This document shows, piece by piece, positions 56,032 to 64,000 of a stretch of 64,000 nucleotides of DNA. The position numbers were made by a program, and so were the translations under genes. The DNA is taken from the sequence record MF498774.1; one strand, given 5' to 3'. The notes beneath the pieces are model-generated. The model had not been told where the DNA came from, did not search any database, and saw nothing but the letters and a program-made list of their open reading frames with translations. How positions within the stretch are numbered: position 1 is the first letter of the stretch; each line of letters opens with the position of its first letter.

Positions 56032-56540
56032 ATCCCCAATTTTGGAAAAGGTCCAGACGAAGATACATAAGCCCTAAATTTTGCAACCCAACCATCAAAT
56101 GAACCTATGATAGTCATATTTATAGAATCACTAACTGTTTTTCTAACTGGTAGTACAGGATCTGTAATATCGTCATAAACCAATGTCTGTGTATAAGTAA
56201 CAACCTTTTTCAATTCGCTTGGTGGGTTAAATGCTATGAGGTCACAAGTAGTTGGTTCTGGTAAAGAAGCAAACGAATTTGTTTGCGATATCTGTAGAGA
56301 TGTTCTATCTCTATACTTTAGAACCAAATCCACTTTCCCATCAAAATAGTCATTGACTTTCCCATACAATCTGTTACCATCAAGAAAAATCCCATCTGGT
56401 GATAGGTCTTCTGACGGAACCACCGTAAAACTAACCAGTTGGTCAGATGCGGCTAGTGTATAGCTAAACAAGCTATCTATAGAGGTCTCTCCATCAAAAA
56501 TGGTTGACTTCCAGTTGGTAGGTGTGTTAATTTGTGCCAT
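56028..56540 (-). CDS. 5.1: gp5.1 homolog
   Basis: NRLYG, LKYR, PVRKT and WVAKFRAYV match T4 5.1; GGAGG SD before ATG 56540; late promoter at 56563-69. Confidence 0.85.
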   Translation of the reverse strand: MAQINTPTNWKSTIFDGETSIDSLFSYTLAASDQLVSFTVVPSEDLSPDGIFLDGNRLYGKVNDYFDGKVDLVLKYRDRTSLQISQTNSFASLPEPTTCDLIAFNPPSELKKVVTYTQTLVYDDITDPVLPVRKTVSDSINMTIIGSFDGWVAKFRAYVSSSGPFPKLGI

Positions 56541-56599
56541 ATAAAAATCCTCCATTATGGAGTATTTAGGGGTTGTTCATATAAAATAGAGGGTATAAT

Positions 56600-56965
56600 A
56601 TGATGTATAATAAATTCAAATTCAAAAACGAAGAAGCAATGGAAAAATTTATCCAGTTTGGAGAAAAAGATGGCAACGAGGAAAATAATCGCATCATAGT
56701 GGAAACACTTGGTATGGATATCTTTTTTGTCGATGAAAAACAGGAAGATGAAATCTATAAAATAGAAGGATATGAAAATCTAAATGAATTCAGCCCAATC
56801 TTTACTTCGAAAGAGATGAAAGAATACCTTATGATAGCAGAATCAGATGATGAGGAATCTTATGAACCTCCGAAGGTAAACAAAACCAAAAATGATTTAT
56901 TGGTTTTGCGCAAAGAATTGATGAAGCAAGTACATCGAATTGACGAGATGTTGGAATCTCTATAA
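56600..56965 (+). CDS. Hypothetical acidic protein with KFKFKxEE domain (inverted insert)
   Basis: GAGGG SD; paralogous N-terminus to 11555..12175. Confidence 0.8.
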   Translation: MMYNKFKFKNEEAMEKFIQFGEKDGNEENNRIIVETLGMDIFFVDEKQEDEIYKIEGYENLNEFSPIFTSKEMKEYLMIAESDDEESYEPPKVNKTKNDLLVLRKELMKQVHRIDEMLESL

Positions 56966-56976
56966 GGAAAATAAAT

Positions 56977-57252
56977 ATGAAACTAATTTATGTAGGAACT
57001 AATTTTGCTGGTTTTAAAGAAAATCAGGTTCATAATTTTCGAGTTCGTCGAGAACTAAAAAACTTTATCGAAAAGAACTTTGATAAAGTTGAAGACGAAG
57101 AACTTCTGATGGAAGTAAAGATGAAAGAAACCATTTATTGGGATTTCTGTCCATTTGAAATTGATGTAGGTGCCGGCACTCTATCTTTTGTGTGGGGACT
57201 TGAAAAAGAAGCACTCCAAGAATATATCAAACGAAGTGCAGACGACATCTAA
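56977..57252 (+). CDS. Hypothetical protein (91 aa; inverted insert)
   Basis: AAGGA SD; ends at a bidirectional terminator. Confidence 0.75.
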   Translation: MKLIYVGTNFAGFKENQVHNFRVRRELKNFIEKNFDKVEDEELLMEVKMKETIYWDFCPFEIDVGAGTLSFVWGLEKEALQEYIKRSADDI

Positions 57253-57256
57253 AACA

Positions 57257-57284
57257 AAAGGGATCCCGATTTGGGATCCCTTTT
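57257..57284. terminator. Bidirectional terminator between the insert and gene 5
   Basis: AAAAGGGATCCC-GATTT-GGGATCCCTTTT. Confidence 0.85.
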
Positions 57285-57286
57285 CG

Positions 57287-59125
57287 TTAGTTAATACTAA
57301 CAGTAGAACCACTAATCTCGGTCGTACCTTGAGAGGTAATAAGAGATTGAGCAGCTTGCGATTTATAGTCACCAGATACAGTAACTGTATAATCACCAAA
57401 AACATTAAGGTTCATATCACCCTCTACGTTCTCGTTGCAATTACCTTGAACTGTTGCAGTTAAATTCCCTTCTATATCACTAACAACACTACCACCGACA
57501 GATAGGGTCACATCAGCGTCTATACGCGATTCTAAGCCACCGTTAACAGTTTGCTTAACGTTCCCCTTCACCGACTGTTCAACGTTACCATAAACCGATT
57601 CAGATACGTTTCCTTTGACAACCTGAGTCAAGTTTCCATCAACTTGCTGGGTACAGTTACCCATAACGTATACAGTCGCGTTACCTTCAACAACTACCTG
57701 ATAATCACCCTTTACGTTGATCATCCTGTTTGCCATATCGATAACATAGTCATCACCCATAACTTTGTTTACTTGACGACCACCACCAGAAATCTCAATA
57801 TACGTCCCTGATGTATGTTTCAGGTTATATCGTTCTTTCCCCGGAGTATCATCAAATTCCTGAATATGACCACTCTCCGATTCATATACATGGTTATATG
57901 GGTATTCAGCAGCATATGCGCTAGGTGGTTCTTCGAAAAGAAGACCATCAGTACGAGGTGGTGGTGGAACGGACGGATCATCTGGGTCTACTTCGTCAGC
58001 AAAAACAACCGGAGAGGACAATGCCATAATAGAACGCTTCATTCTCCCAGATATTGGGATAATAGGCGGTTCCTCTGGTTTTGGTTTTACTCCATAAGAC
58101 TCTAGGTTTCCGGTTAAAATAATCTTGGCAACCCGATTCGCTCGACCCGGAGTTTGTCTAGCCCAAAGAGAGTCGAGCATACCATTATATGCATCTCGCC
58201 AACGTTCTTCATACATAGCGTTTAGTGTATTTTTGAATTTCGCTAATCCGCCAGCCCCCATCTGAAACGCCATATTTTCTAAAGCCATTTGACGACTTCT
58301 ATTTTCTTTGACGTAGACACGACGTATATTTTCGAATCTCATCATATCAGCACGAGTCTTTTGGATATCCTCGTTAAACAGCTTTGTAACGTCTTCTGGG
58401 GAGATCACACCCCCTTGTACAGGATGACCCAACTGTTGGGTTAGAATAGCATCTATACGGGCTACGTTTCGTGTATTCTCATGTATGATTAGATGACCAA
58501 TACCTATGGTTGGATATCCAAGAGAATCGAGATACCATTTGTTCCTAACCCCTTCGTCCCCCTTCAACATTTTTTCAATTGTGAAATCTGGATCGTCATC
58601 TGCGATTGCATCGTCAAATGATTTGTCATCAGGGGCTAATGCACCAGAAGTATTTTCATCCTGAGTATAAACCGATAACGGCTTCCCATCAATAGAAACT
58701 GGTGCCGTTCCATGGATACTAGCTCCTTTTTGTCCACCACCGGCTAATATATTAACGTCGTTACCAATATATCGAGGGTATTGACCTGTTGGGTCACAGA
58801 ATCCCCGTAGAGTATTTGGTTTTTGGACATAAGATCCGGGGATAGAAAAAAGTATTAAACCATCCTGTTTAAATTCATCCTTGAAAACCCCCATCACCCA
58901 CACACCCTCTACTAGGTTTGTTGGGCTATTTCCTACACCAGATATAGAGGCTGAATCCGTTGACGTGGCACAGCGCATCCAAAGAAGTTCGTCAGTGGGT
59001 ATACCTATTAAATCATCTTTTGATTTTTGATCTGTGTGGTATCCCATCACACGAACTCTATATCTCCCTTGATTAAGAGGATCAAACCGATCCTCTACAA
59101 CTCCAAAAAAGAATTCAAATTTCAT
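57287..59125 (-). CDS. gp5: Baseplate hub needle / tail lysozyme gp5
   Basis: FFGVVEDRFDPLNQGRYRVRV OB-fold, lysozyme DEG..YLDSLGYPTIGIGHL, YPYNH..ESESGHIQEFDDTPG and V.GN beta-helix repeats. Confidence 0.97.
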   Translation of the reverse strand: MKFEFFFGVVEDRFDPLNQGRYRVRVMGYHTDQKSKDDLIGIPTDELLWMRCATSTDSASISGVGNSPTNLVEGVWVMGVFKDEFKQDGLILFSIPGSYVQKPNTLRGFCDPTGQYPRYIGNDVNILAGGGQKGASIHGTAPVSIDGKPLSVYTQDENTSGALAPDDKSFDDAIADDDPDFTIEKMLKGDEGVRNKWYLDSLGYPTIGIGHLIIHENTRNVARIDAILTQQLGHPVQGGVISPEDVTKLFNEDIQKTRADMMRFENIRRVYVKENRSRQMALENMAFQMGAGGLAKFKNTLNAMYEERWRDAYNGMLDSLWARQTPGRANRVAKIILTGNLESYGVKPKPEEPPIIPISGRMKRSIMALSSPVVFADEVDPDDPSVPPPPRTDGLLFEEPPSAYAAEYPYNHVYESESGHIQEFDDTPGKERYNLKHTSGTYIEISGGGRQVNKVMGDDYVIDMANRMINVKGDYQVVVEGNATVYVMGNCTQQVDGNLTQVVKGNVSESVYGNVEQSVKGNVKQTVNGGLESRIDADVTLSVGGSVVSDIEGNLTATVQGNCNENVEGDMNLNVFGDYTVTVSGDYKSQAAQSLITSQGTTEISGSTVSIN

Positions 59126-60360
59126 TGTATATCCTTCCCTCTAGTATCGGAATCAGATATCAATTCTAAGTTCATGATATAAGAGCCCTGTGTACAGACA
59201 TGATTTATTGAGTTGATAAGCCAGCGTCCTGCATCTTTTGATGTCATTTCACCATTCATATCACCAGCAATAATATTTACGACTTGACCACAACTCAGAT
59301 CCGAATTACCGGCAACTTGAATAAGCATTCTTTTTGCGTTTAGTGATGTTCGGTTTGTTGCTCTTATACCAAGAGAGTTACCATTAGAACCCATATTGAT
59401 ATACTTATACATCTGGTCTTCTGTTGTGAAGTAAACACAAGCATTTCTTTCTGGTTTTATATCACCACCAAACCATGGCTCTGGGTTTAGTGTTGGATAT
59501 ACATCTTTTACAGACGTATAATCCTGATAACTATTTGTATAAAGCTTTTTATCAAACGACATCGAATGAACGTTAACACCAAGACCACCATTCCTATATT
59601 GTTCTGGTATGTTGTATCCCTTAACACGCTGCATCTTGATTATCTTGTTATACATTGTTGTGTCGTGGGTTGCTTCAAATATCAGATCAACCACTGGATC
59701 TCCAACCATCATGGATGTACCAGTTCTGAATTTGGCTCCATCTACATCCTCATAAAAGTAGAAATTACTATCACCCTTTGAATTAACATCTGATGATTGT
59801 GCAGAAGAAGCTAAGAAATTAATAACTGATATCGGTGTTAAATTTGGGATTACAATATCCCGGTTATAAAGCGTTGGTTCGACAAATATGGTTTCGTCAG
59901 TGAACCCAATCACCCGGAGCATATCAGAAACGATTGCATGAATGGATGTCCCTTTATAACTTTTACTGATCCGACTATATTCATTCTTGTGATCTTGTTC
60001 GGATACAAGATGAAGTCTTACAAACTTTTGAGTTTGTGTATTTGGGTTTGTAATATCTTCGTAACGAGTAACTTTGAATATTTTAGAATACGTTTTTGCA
60101 TCCACCCCGTTTAAATGTACGGATCTAAAACTTATTTGTACCTTCTCATCACCTCTTGGATTAATTGAGTTTATTAAATTCATGAAATCAACAAATTCAA
60201 GGGTGCCTTTCAGCAACCCTTGACTAATCCCTTCATATATGGAGAAGGATTTGAATATATCAGTTATATCAAACCCTTCACTATCCAAGCTTTGAAAGAA
60301 AACAATACGCTCAATGGTAAAGTTTTCATACGCCGCCGTACTGCGTCTACTTATTCCCAC
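59122..60360 (-). CDS. gp27: Baseplate hub protein, gp27-like (412 aa)
   Basis: Size, position directly upstream of gene 5, and pattern (GTLEFVD, FYFYEDVDG, GNSDLSCGQVVNI, WLINSINH) typical of gp27/gpD-type hubs. Confidence 0.7.
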   Translation of the reverse strand: MGISRRSTAAYENFTIERIVFFQSLDSEGFDITDIFKSFSIYEGISQGLLKGTLEFVDFMNLINSINPRGDEKVQISFRSVHLNGVDAKTYSKIFKVTRYEDITNPNTQTQKFVRLHLVSEQDHKNEYSRISKSYKGTSIHAIVSDMLRVIGFTDETIFVEPTLYNRDIVIPNLTPISVINFLASSAQSSDVNSKGDSNFYFYEDVDGAKFRTGTSMMVGDPVVDLIFEATHDTTMYNKIIKMQRVKGYNIPEQYRNGGLGVNVHSMSFDKKLYTNSYQDYTSVKDVYPTLNPEPWFGGDIKPERNACVYFTTEDQMYKYINMGSNGNSLGIRATNRTSLNAKRMLIQVAGNSDLSCGQVVNIIAGDMNGEMTSKDAGRWLINSINHVCTQGSYIMNLELISDSDTRGKDIQ

Positions 60361-60913
60361 GGATACGCTCCATTAATCTTGTGTATTCATCCATAAACCT
60401 ACCCAAATCTGACGGATTTAAAACGTTTATGGTTCTCTTGGATTCGTTGGTTGCTAATTCATGTTCTATGGCAGTAACAGGGACTAAAGTCCCGACATAC
60501 TGTTTATATAGATGAGCGGTATCCCCTTCATCATACCAAACACCAGAACCAACCGGATATTCTTTCATACGAAAATACATCTCACCATTTTCATCAATAT
60601 GATATAAAACAGTTCCCTCTTTTGCTGGTAGGTTTTTATATTTTTGCGCTGTATATTGATGAACTATTTCTTCTTCACATATCCAATCATAAAAAGGATC
60701 GTATACTTGGTTAAGAAATAGTAGGATCCAATAATATTTCGTATCCCCATATAAATCGTAGGAAACAACTTCTGGTCTAGGAGAACCAGAGACGATATAT
60801 TTTCTTACAATGAATTTGCTTAAAATATCATCAAAATAGTTTCCATGTGGACGAAATATATCAGCAGTTGGAGCCCCATTATATTTTATAGGGGGAAAAT
60901 AGTTAAATAGCAT
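60347..60913 (-). CDS. gp53: Baseplate wedge gp53
   Basis: MLFNYFPPIKY, RPEVVSYDLYG...YWILLFLN.VYDPFYDW and NESKRTI. Confidence 0.95.
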   Translation of the reverse strand: MLFNYFPPIKYNGAPTADIFRPHGNYFDDILSKFIVRKYIVSGSPRPEVVSYDLYGDTKYYWILLFLNQVYDPFYDWICEEEIVHQYTAQKYKNLPAKEGTVLYHIDENGEMYFRMKEYPVGSGVWYDEGDTAHLYKQYVGTLVPVTAIEHELATNESKRTINVLNPSDLGRFMDEYTRLMERIRGNK

Positions 60914-61971
60914 TATCTCTTACCTCCATACGAACCGAAGAAGAATTCACCAGAATCAGGATTACCCAAATCTGATGTAAGAGCTTCCCAGTAATCGCGA
61001 TAAACCGGACGAAGTTCTGTAACAGTTATTTCTAGATCTATTGCGACGGAATCCGCAGCCGTTGACGCGAATGTATCATATATTTGGTCTGGGGTTTTGT
61101 TGATCCGGATATTACTAATACCGGCTGGACCCATTGCGAATTTAGGTGTAAATCTAATCTTCTGTTCTTGACTTTGACTTACCCTTTCTTCTATAAACCA
61201 CAAAGGGGGTACTTCGAGATAAGTATACCCTTCACCCGCACCAAGTTCTGAATCCGTACCAATTCCAAGAGAAGCAAGATCTACAGCCCCTTTGTTTTCG
61301 GCAGCACTAAGAACCATAAAAGTTTTAATTATTTGTCCAACCTCTTTTAATTCTGCCATAGACCTCGGTCGGAATTGAAATATAAATGTTTGGGAACGTA
61401 CACCAGTACCACGATACATTTGGGCGGCTCGATCACCAAGCAAATTACCAGTTACCTGAGAATTATATCGCTGTGCAATACCACCAGTGGAGACGATAAC
61501 CTTTTGAGCCATCGCGTTTACAACGGCTTTACCACCGTTTGCAATGCTATCCAATGTTCCATCTCTTTCTGATGCGTTGGCTTGGTAGTTCATAACTATA
61601 TCTTGAAGGAATCCACCATCGTTATCTTCATAATTATGACTAATGTTTTCGTTCATGTTTGGCATATATAGCTGAATAACGGCTAGGGTTTCTTCGTTGA
61701 ATTTACCCTTAACAGACCTCATAGAACGTTCGTGGATATCACTATTTTTAAGCCCCCCATTTGTTGGTTTCACAGCATAGAAAACTAAATAGGAAGAGTG
61801 TTTGTTGTCACTACCCTTCATGGTTAATGGGTACTGTAAAGCCTTTATACCGGGTTTCTTAGAGTTTTTATTTTCTATAATAAGATCGGTTCCCTCTGAC
61901 TTAGTGTCAGTGAGTGGGTTGAAACTACCACCAATAGCTCGGTTAACCCCATTGAGAATATTAACTTTCAT
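60913..61971 (-). CDS. gp48: Baseplate tail-tube cap gp48
   Basis: MYRGTGVRSQTFIFQFRPRS, GPAGISNIRINKTP and LEITVTELRP match T4 gp48. Confidence 0.85.
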   Translation of the reverse strand: MKVNILNGVNRAIGGSFNPLTDTKSEGTDLIIENKNSKKPGIKALQYPLTMKGSDNKHSSYLVFYAVKPTNGGLKNSDIHERSMRSVKGKFNEETLAVIQLYMPNMNENISHNYEDNDGGFLQDIVMNYQANASERDGTLDSIANGGKAVVNAMAQKVIVSTGGIAQRYNSQVTGNLLGDRAAQMYRGTGVRSQTFIFQFRPRSMAELKEVGQIIKTFMVLSAAENKGAVDLASLGIGTDSELGAGEGYTYLEVPPLWFIEERVSQSQEQKIRFTPKFAMGPAGISNIRINKTPDQIYDTFASTAADSVAIDLEITVTELRPVYRDYWEALTSDLGNPDSGEFFFGSYGGKR

Positions 61972-61996
61972 TTTTAAACCTCATGTTGTTTACTTG

Positions 61997-62019
61997 TATT
62001 TAGGGACAAACCCTAAATA
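61997..62019. promoter_or_regulatory. Palindromic back-to-back late promoters (48 leftward, 4 rightward)
   Basis: TATTTAGGG-ACAAA-CCCTAAATA perfect inverted repeat. Confidence 0.8.
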
Positions 62020-62040
62020 AAACAAATAGGAGAATTTATT

Positions 62041-62511
62041 ATGGCCGGAAATAATACATACAAAGGTCAATACTTTGTAAAGAATAGAGAAAAATATAAA
62101 GGAGACCCAAAAAAGGTTACCTACCGTAGTTCGTGGGAAAAGTATATAATGGAGATGTTGGATAATAATCCAGACGTTAGATATTGGAACAGCGAATGTA
62201 TGGTCATTCCGTATTTTTCTAATGCAGATGGAAAGAAACGACGTTATTTTATGGATATGTGGATACAGTGGTCCGACGGTTCTATTTCTCTCTGGGAAGT
62301 TAAGCCTAAAAAAGAATGTTTTCCACCAGTACCACCAAAAAGAAATACATTAAAAGCAAAAAATGCTTATATTCAAGCTGTGTATACATGGCAAGTCAAT
62401 AACGACAAATGGAAAACCACCGCTGAATTATGCAAGAAAAAAGGGTGGAGATTTAATATAATTAATGAGGACTCATTGAGAGCAATGGGTTTCAAAGGAC
62501 TTACTAAATGA
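62041..62511 (+). CDS. gp4: Head completion nuclease gp4 (gp50)
   Basis: KYKGDPKKVTYRSSWE, WNSE, RRYFMD, EVKPKKE and VNNDKW. Confidence 0.95.
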   Translation: MAGNNTYKGQYFVKNREKYKGDPKKVTYRSSWEKYIMEMLDNNPDVRYWNSECMVIPYFSNADGKKRRYFMDMWIQWSDGSISLWEVKPKKECFPPVPPKRNTLKAKNAYIQAVYTWQVNNDKWKTTAELCKKKGWRFNIINEDSLRAMGFKGLTK

Positions 62512-63506
62512 TATTCGAAATAACTGAACGTGCAGAGTCCACAACAGAAAAACGCAATAGAAAACAATGGATTGATGTTGGTGTTGATTATATGAACGCC
62601 AAGAAAAAGAACCCAAGTCTTACTGCAAAGAAATATGCAGAGGAAAAAGGGTTGAATTATGAAACATTCAGTAGAGCTATGCGCAGACACAGAGAAGAAA
62701 TAAAGACTTATTATTCTCTGGTAAACCCAAACAAGAATAAACAACAATGGATTGAGCTTGGTGTTGATTATTTGACACAAAAAGAAAAGAGTAGCATTAC
62801 TCTAAAAAATTATATTGAAGGACGTGGACTTAATAAAGAAACCACGGAGCGGGCATTCAGAAGATTCAAGCAAGATATTCTACTGGCTAAGAAGTTAAAA
62901 GATGCGCAAGTAAGCGGAAGAAAACTATCTAAAGCCGAAAAATATCAGATGTTGTTGGCTGACTTTAGAAATAAAGTAAGACAACACGAAAAAGAGCCTG
63001 TAAAGTCTCAGAAGAAGTCAACGGAATGGTTTAACAATTTCATAAAGAAAAACGTTCGTGGTCACCAAGTAACAAGACCAATTGCTGGTCGATTGTATAC
63101 TTTCGCATATGACGCAAAACATAAGGCAACACTACCATACTGGGATAAATTCCCCCTGATCGTATATCTTGGCCTAAGTGCAAAACACAAAGGTTTGATG
63201 TTGGGTCTCAACCTTCACTATATCCCGATCAAAGCCCGTAAAGAATTTATGGAAGAGTTGCTGAAACATGCAACCACAGAGAGGATTACCAACCGTACAT
63301 CCCTAAATATCAACTGGGGTAAGGTTAAGGGAATGAGAGGTGCAGACCATATGATCAAAGCGTATTTGCCGGGTCATATTAAGGGTCCATTAATGGAGAT
63401 TAAACCGCAGGATTGGAGTTCTGTCATTAATCTACCGACTCAACGGTTTGTATCTGGTGTTCCTCCGAAGACCTATAATACGAATTCCGTTTGGAGATCA
63501 TACTAA
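62508..63506 (+). CDS. gp2: DNA end protector gp2 with duplicated N-terminal module
   Basis: YDAKHKATLPYWDKFPLI, GLNLHYIP, VKGMRGADHMIKAY. Confidence 0.96.
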   Translation: MIFEITERAESTTEKRNRKQWIDVGVDYMNAKKKNPSLTAKKYAEEKGLNYETFSRAMRRHREEIKTYYSLVNPNKNKQQWIELGVDYLTQKEKSSITLKNYIEGRGLNKETTERAFRRFKQDILLAKKLKDAQVSGRKLSKAEKYQMLLADFRNKVRQHEKEPVKSQKKSTEWFNNFIKKNVRGHQVTRPIAGRLYTFAYDAKHKATLPYWDKFPLIVYLGLSAKHKGLMLGLNLHYIPIKARKEFMEELLKHATTERITNRTSLNINWGKVKGMRGADHMIKAYLPGHIKGPLMEIKPQDWSSVINLPTQRFVSGVPPKTYNTNSVWRSY

Positions 63507-64000
63507 TGAACTTAATACCACCTATTCCAACCATAGATAGTATGATAGATAGTACTATCGGGTTTGGTGAAGATTTATTAAACGATGGTGGGGATGCAAG
63601 CGAGATCCCCGATCTAACTAGGTTTATGCGGAAAGTTGAGAATACCGATTTGGCTAGACCAAACATGTTTATTGTAAGGTTCGGAGATTTCCGAACCTCT
63701 ATATTCAGTGATGGTGTTTTTGATAGGGATTTACCAATATTTCCTGATTCAAGTAGCGGGATGGACGTCAATGATAGTCTTTTCTCTGGTACAAGTTATG
63801 CTTGGCATAGAGTTCAGGACATTGCTTTGGGACAAGCACACAAAATCCTCACGCCTAGCATGAAGAAGATTTTTGGTGCTTGGGACCCGTCCTTGATCCG
63901 GATCATACCGGGAGCAGGAGAGATCCTTGATGGATTTTTGGGAACTGATTACGATGTAAACAGAGATCTAGCATTAATGGTAAAGAGTGTCGGTCTTCCT
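63506..64000 (+). CDS. gp54: Tail tube initiator gp54-like; truncated at window edge
   Basis: Not in the track. TAATG-coupled ATG 63506, open to the edge. DLARPNMF resembles T4 DFQRNNMF and LALMVKSVGLP resembles LMIYSVKMP. Confidence 0.7.
   Translation, partial: MNLIPPIPTIDSMIDSTIGFGEDLLNDGGDASEIPDLTRFMRKVENTDLARPNMFIVRFGDFRTSIFSDGVFDRDLPIFPDSSSGMDVNDSLFSGTSYAWHRVQDIALGQAHKILTPSMKKIFGAWDPSLIRIIPGAGEILDGFLGTDYDVNRDLALMVKSVGLP

Noticed and set aside
56571-56599. TATAAT just before ORF 56600 as a -10 element
   Set aside because: It abuts the start codon, leaving no room for the SD-containing leader, and has no well-spaced -35; the promoter for the insert remains unidentified.

Overview
This window is part of an AT-rich, large T4-like myovirus genome (Straboviridae-type). 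An Aeromonas Aeh1/65-like relative is my inference from the CTAAATA late-promoter consensus, the ~1040-aa fibritin and the baseplate gene order; it was not confirmed by search. From left to right it holds: long tail fibre genes 35 (truncated at the edge) and 34; rnh-dsbA-33-59-32; 30.2, a Pth2-like gene, DNA ligase 30, dda, uvsY and uvsW; an accessory zone (HAD nucleotidase, RNA ligase 2, a secreted LprI-like protein, inh, a structured non-coding element, and SLOG and RyR-domain genes); and the minus-strand virion cluster (24, 23, 22, 21, 68, 67, 20, 19, 18, 17, 16, 15, 14, 13, wac, 12, 11, 10, 9, 8, 7, 6, 25, 5.4, 5.1, 5, 27-like, 53, 48), followed by 4, 2 and a truncated 54. I saw no tRNA, CRISPR array, intron, intein or homing endonuclease. 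There are four leading candidates for undescribed biology. (1) A whisker system: a fibritin with repeated foldon motifs next to a separate CBM/LamG/Ig adhesin-like gene, plus extra adhesin-like domains on gp35 and gp11. (2) A non-coding element with mini-hairpins and a possible pseudoknot, lying between converging promoters upstream of a SLOG + RyR gene pair. (3) An early, secreted LprI-family lysozyme-inhibitor-like protein. (4) A sigma70-type promoter pointing antisense at the 3' end of the major capsid gene. All homology calls come from manual comparison with remembered T4 sequences and motifs; no database search was run.
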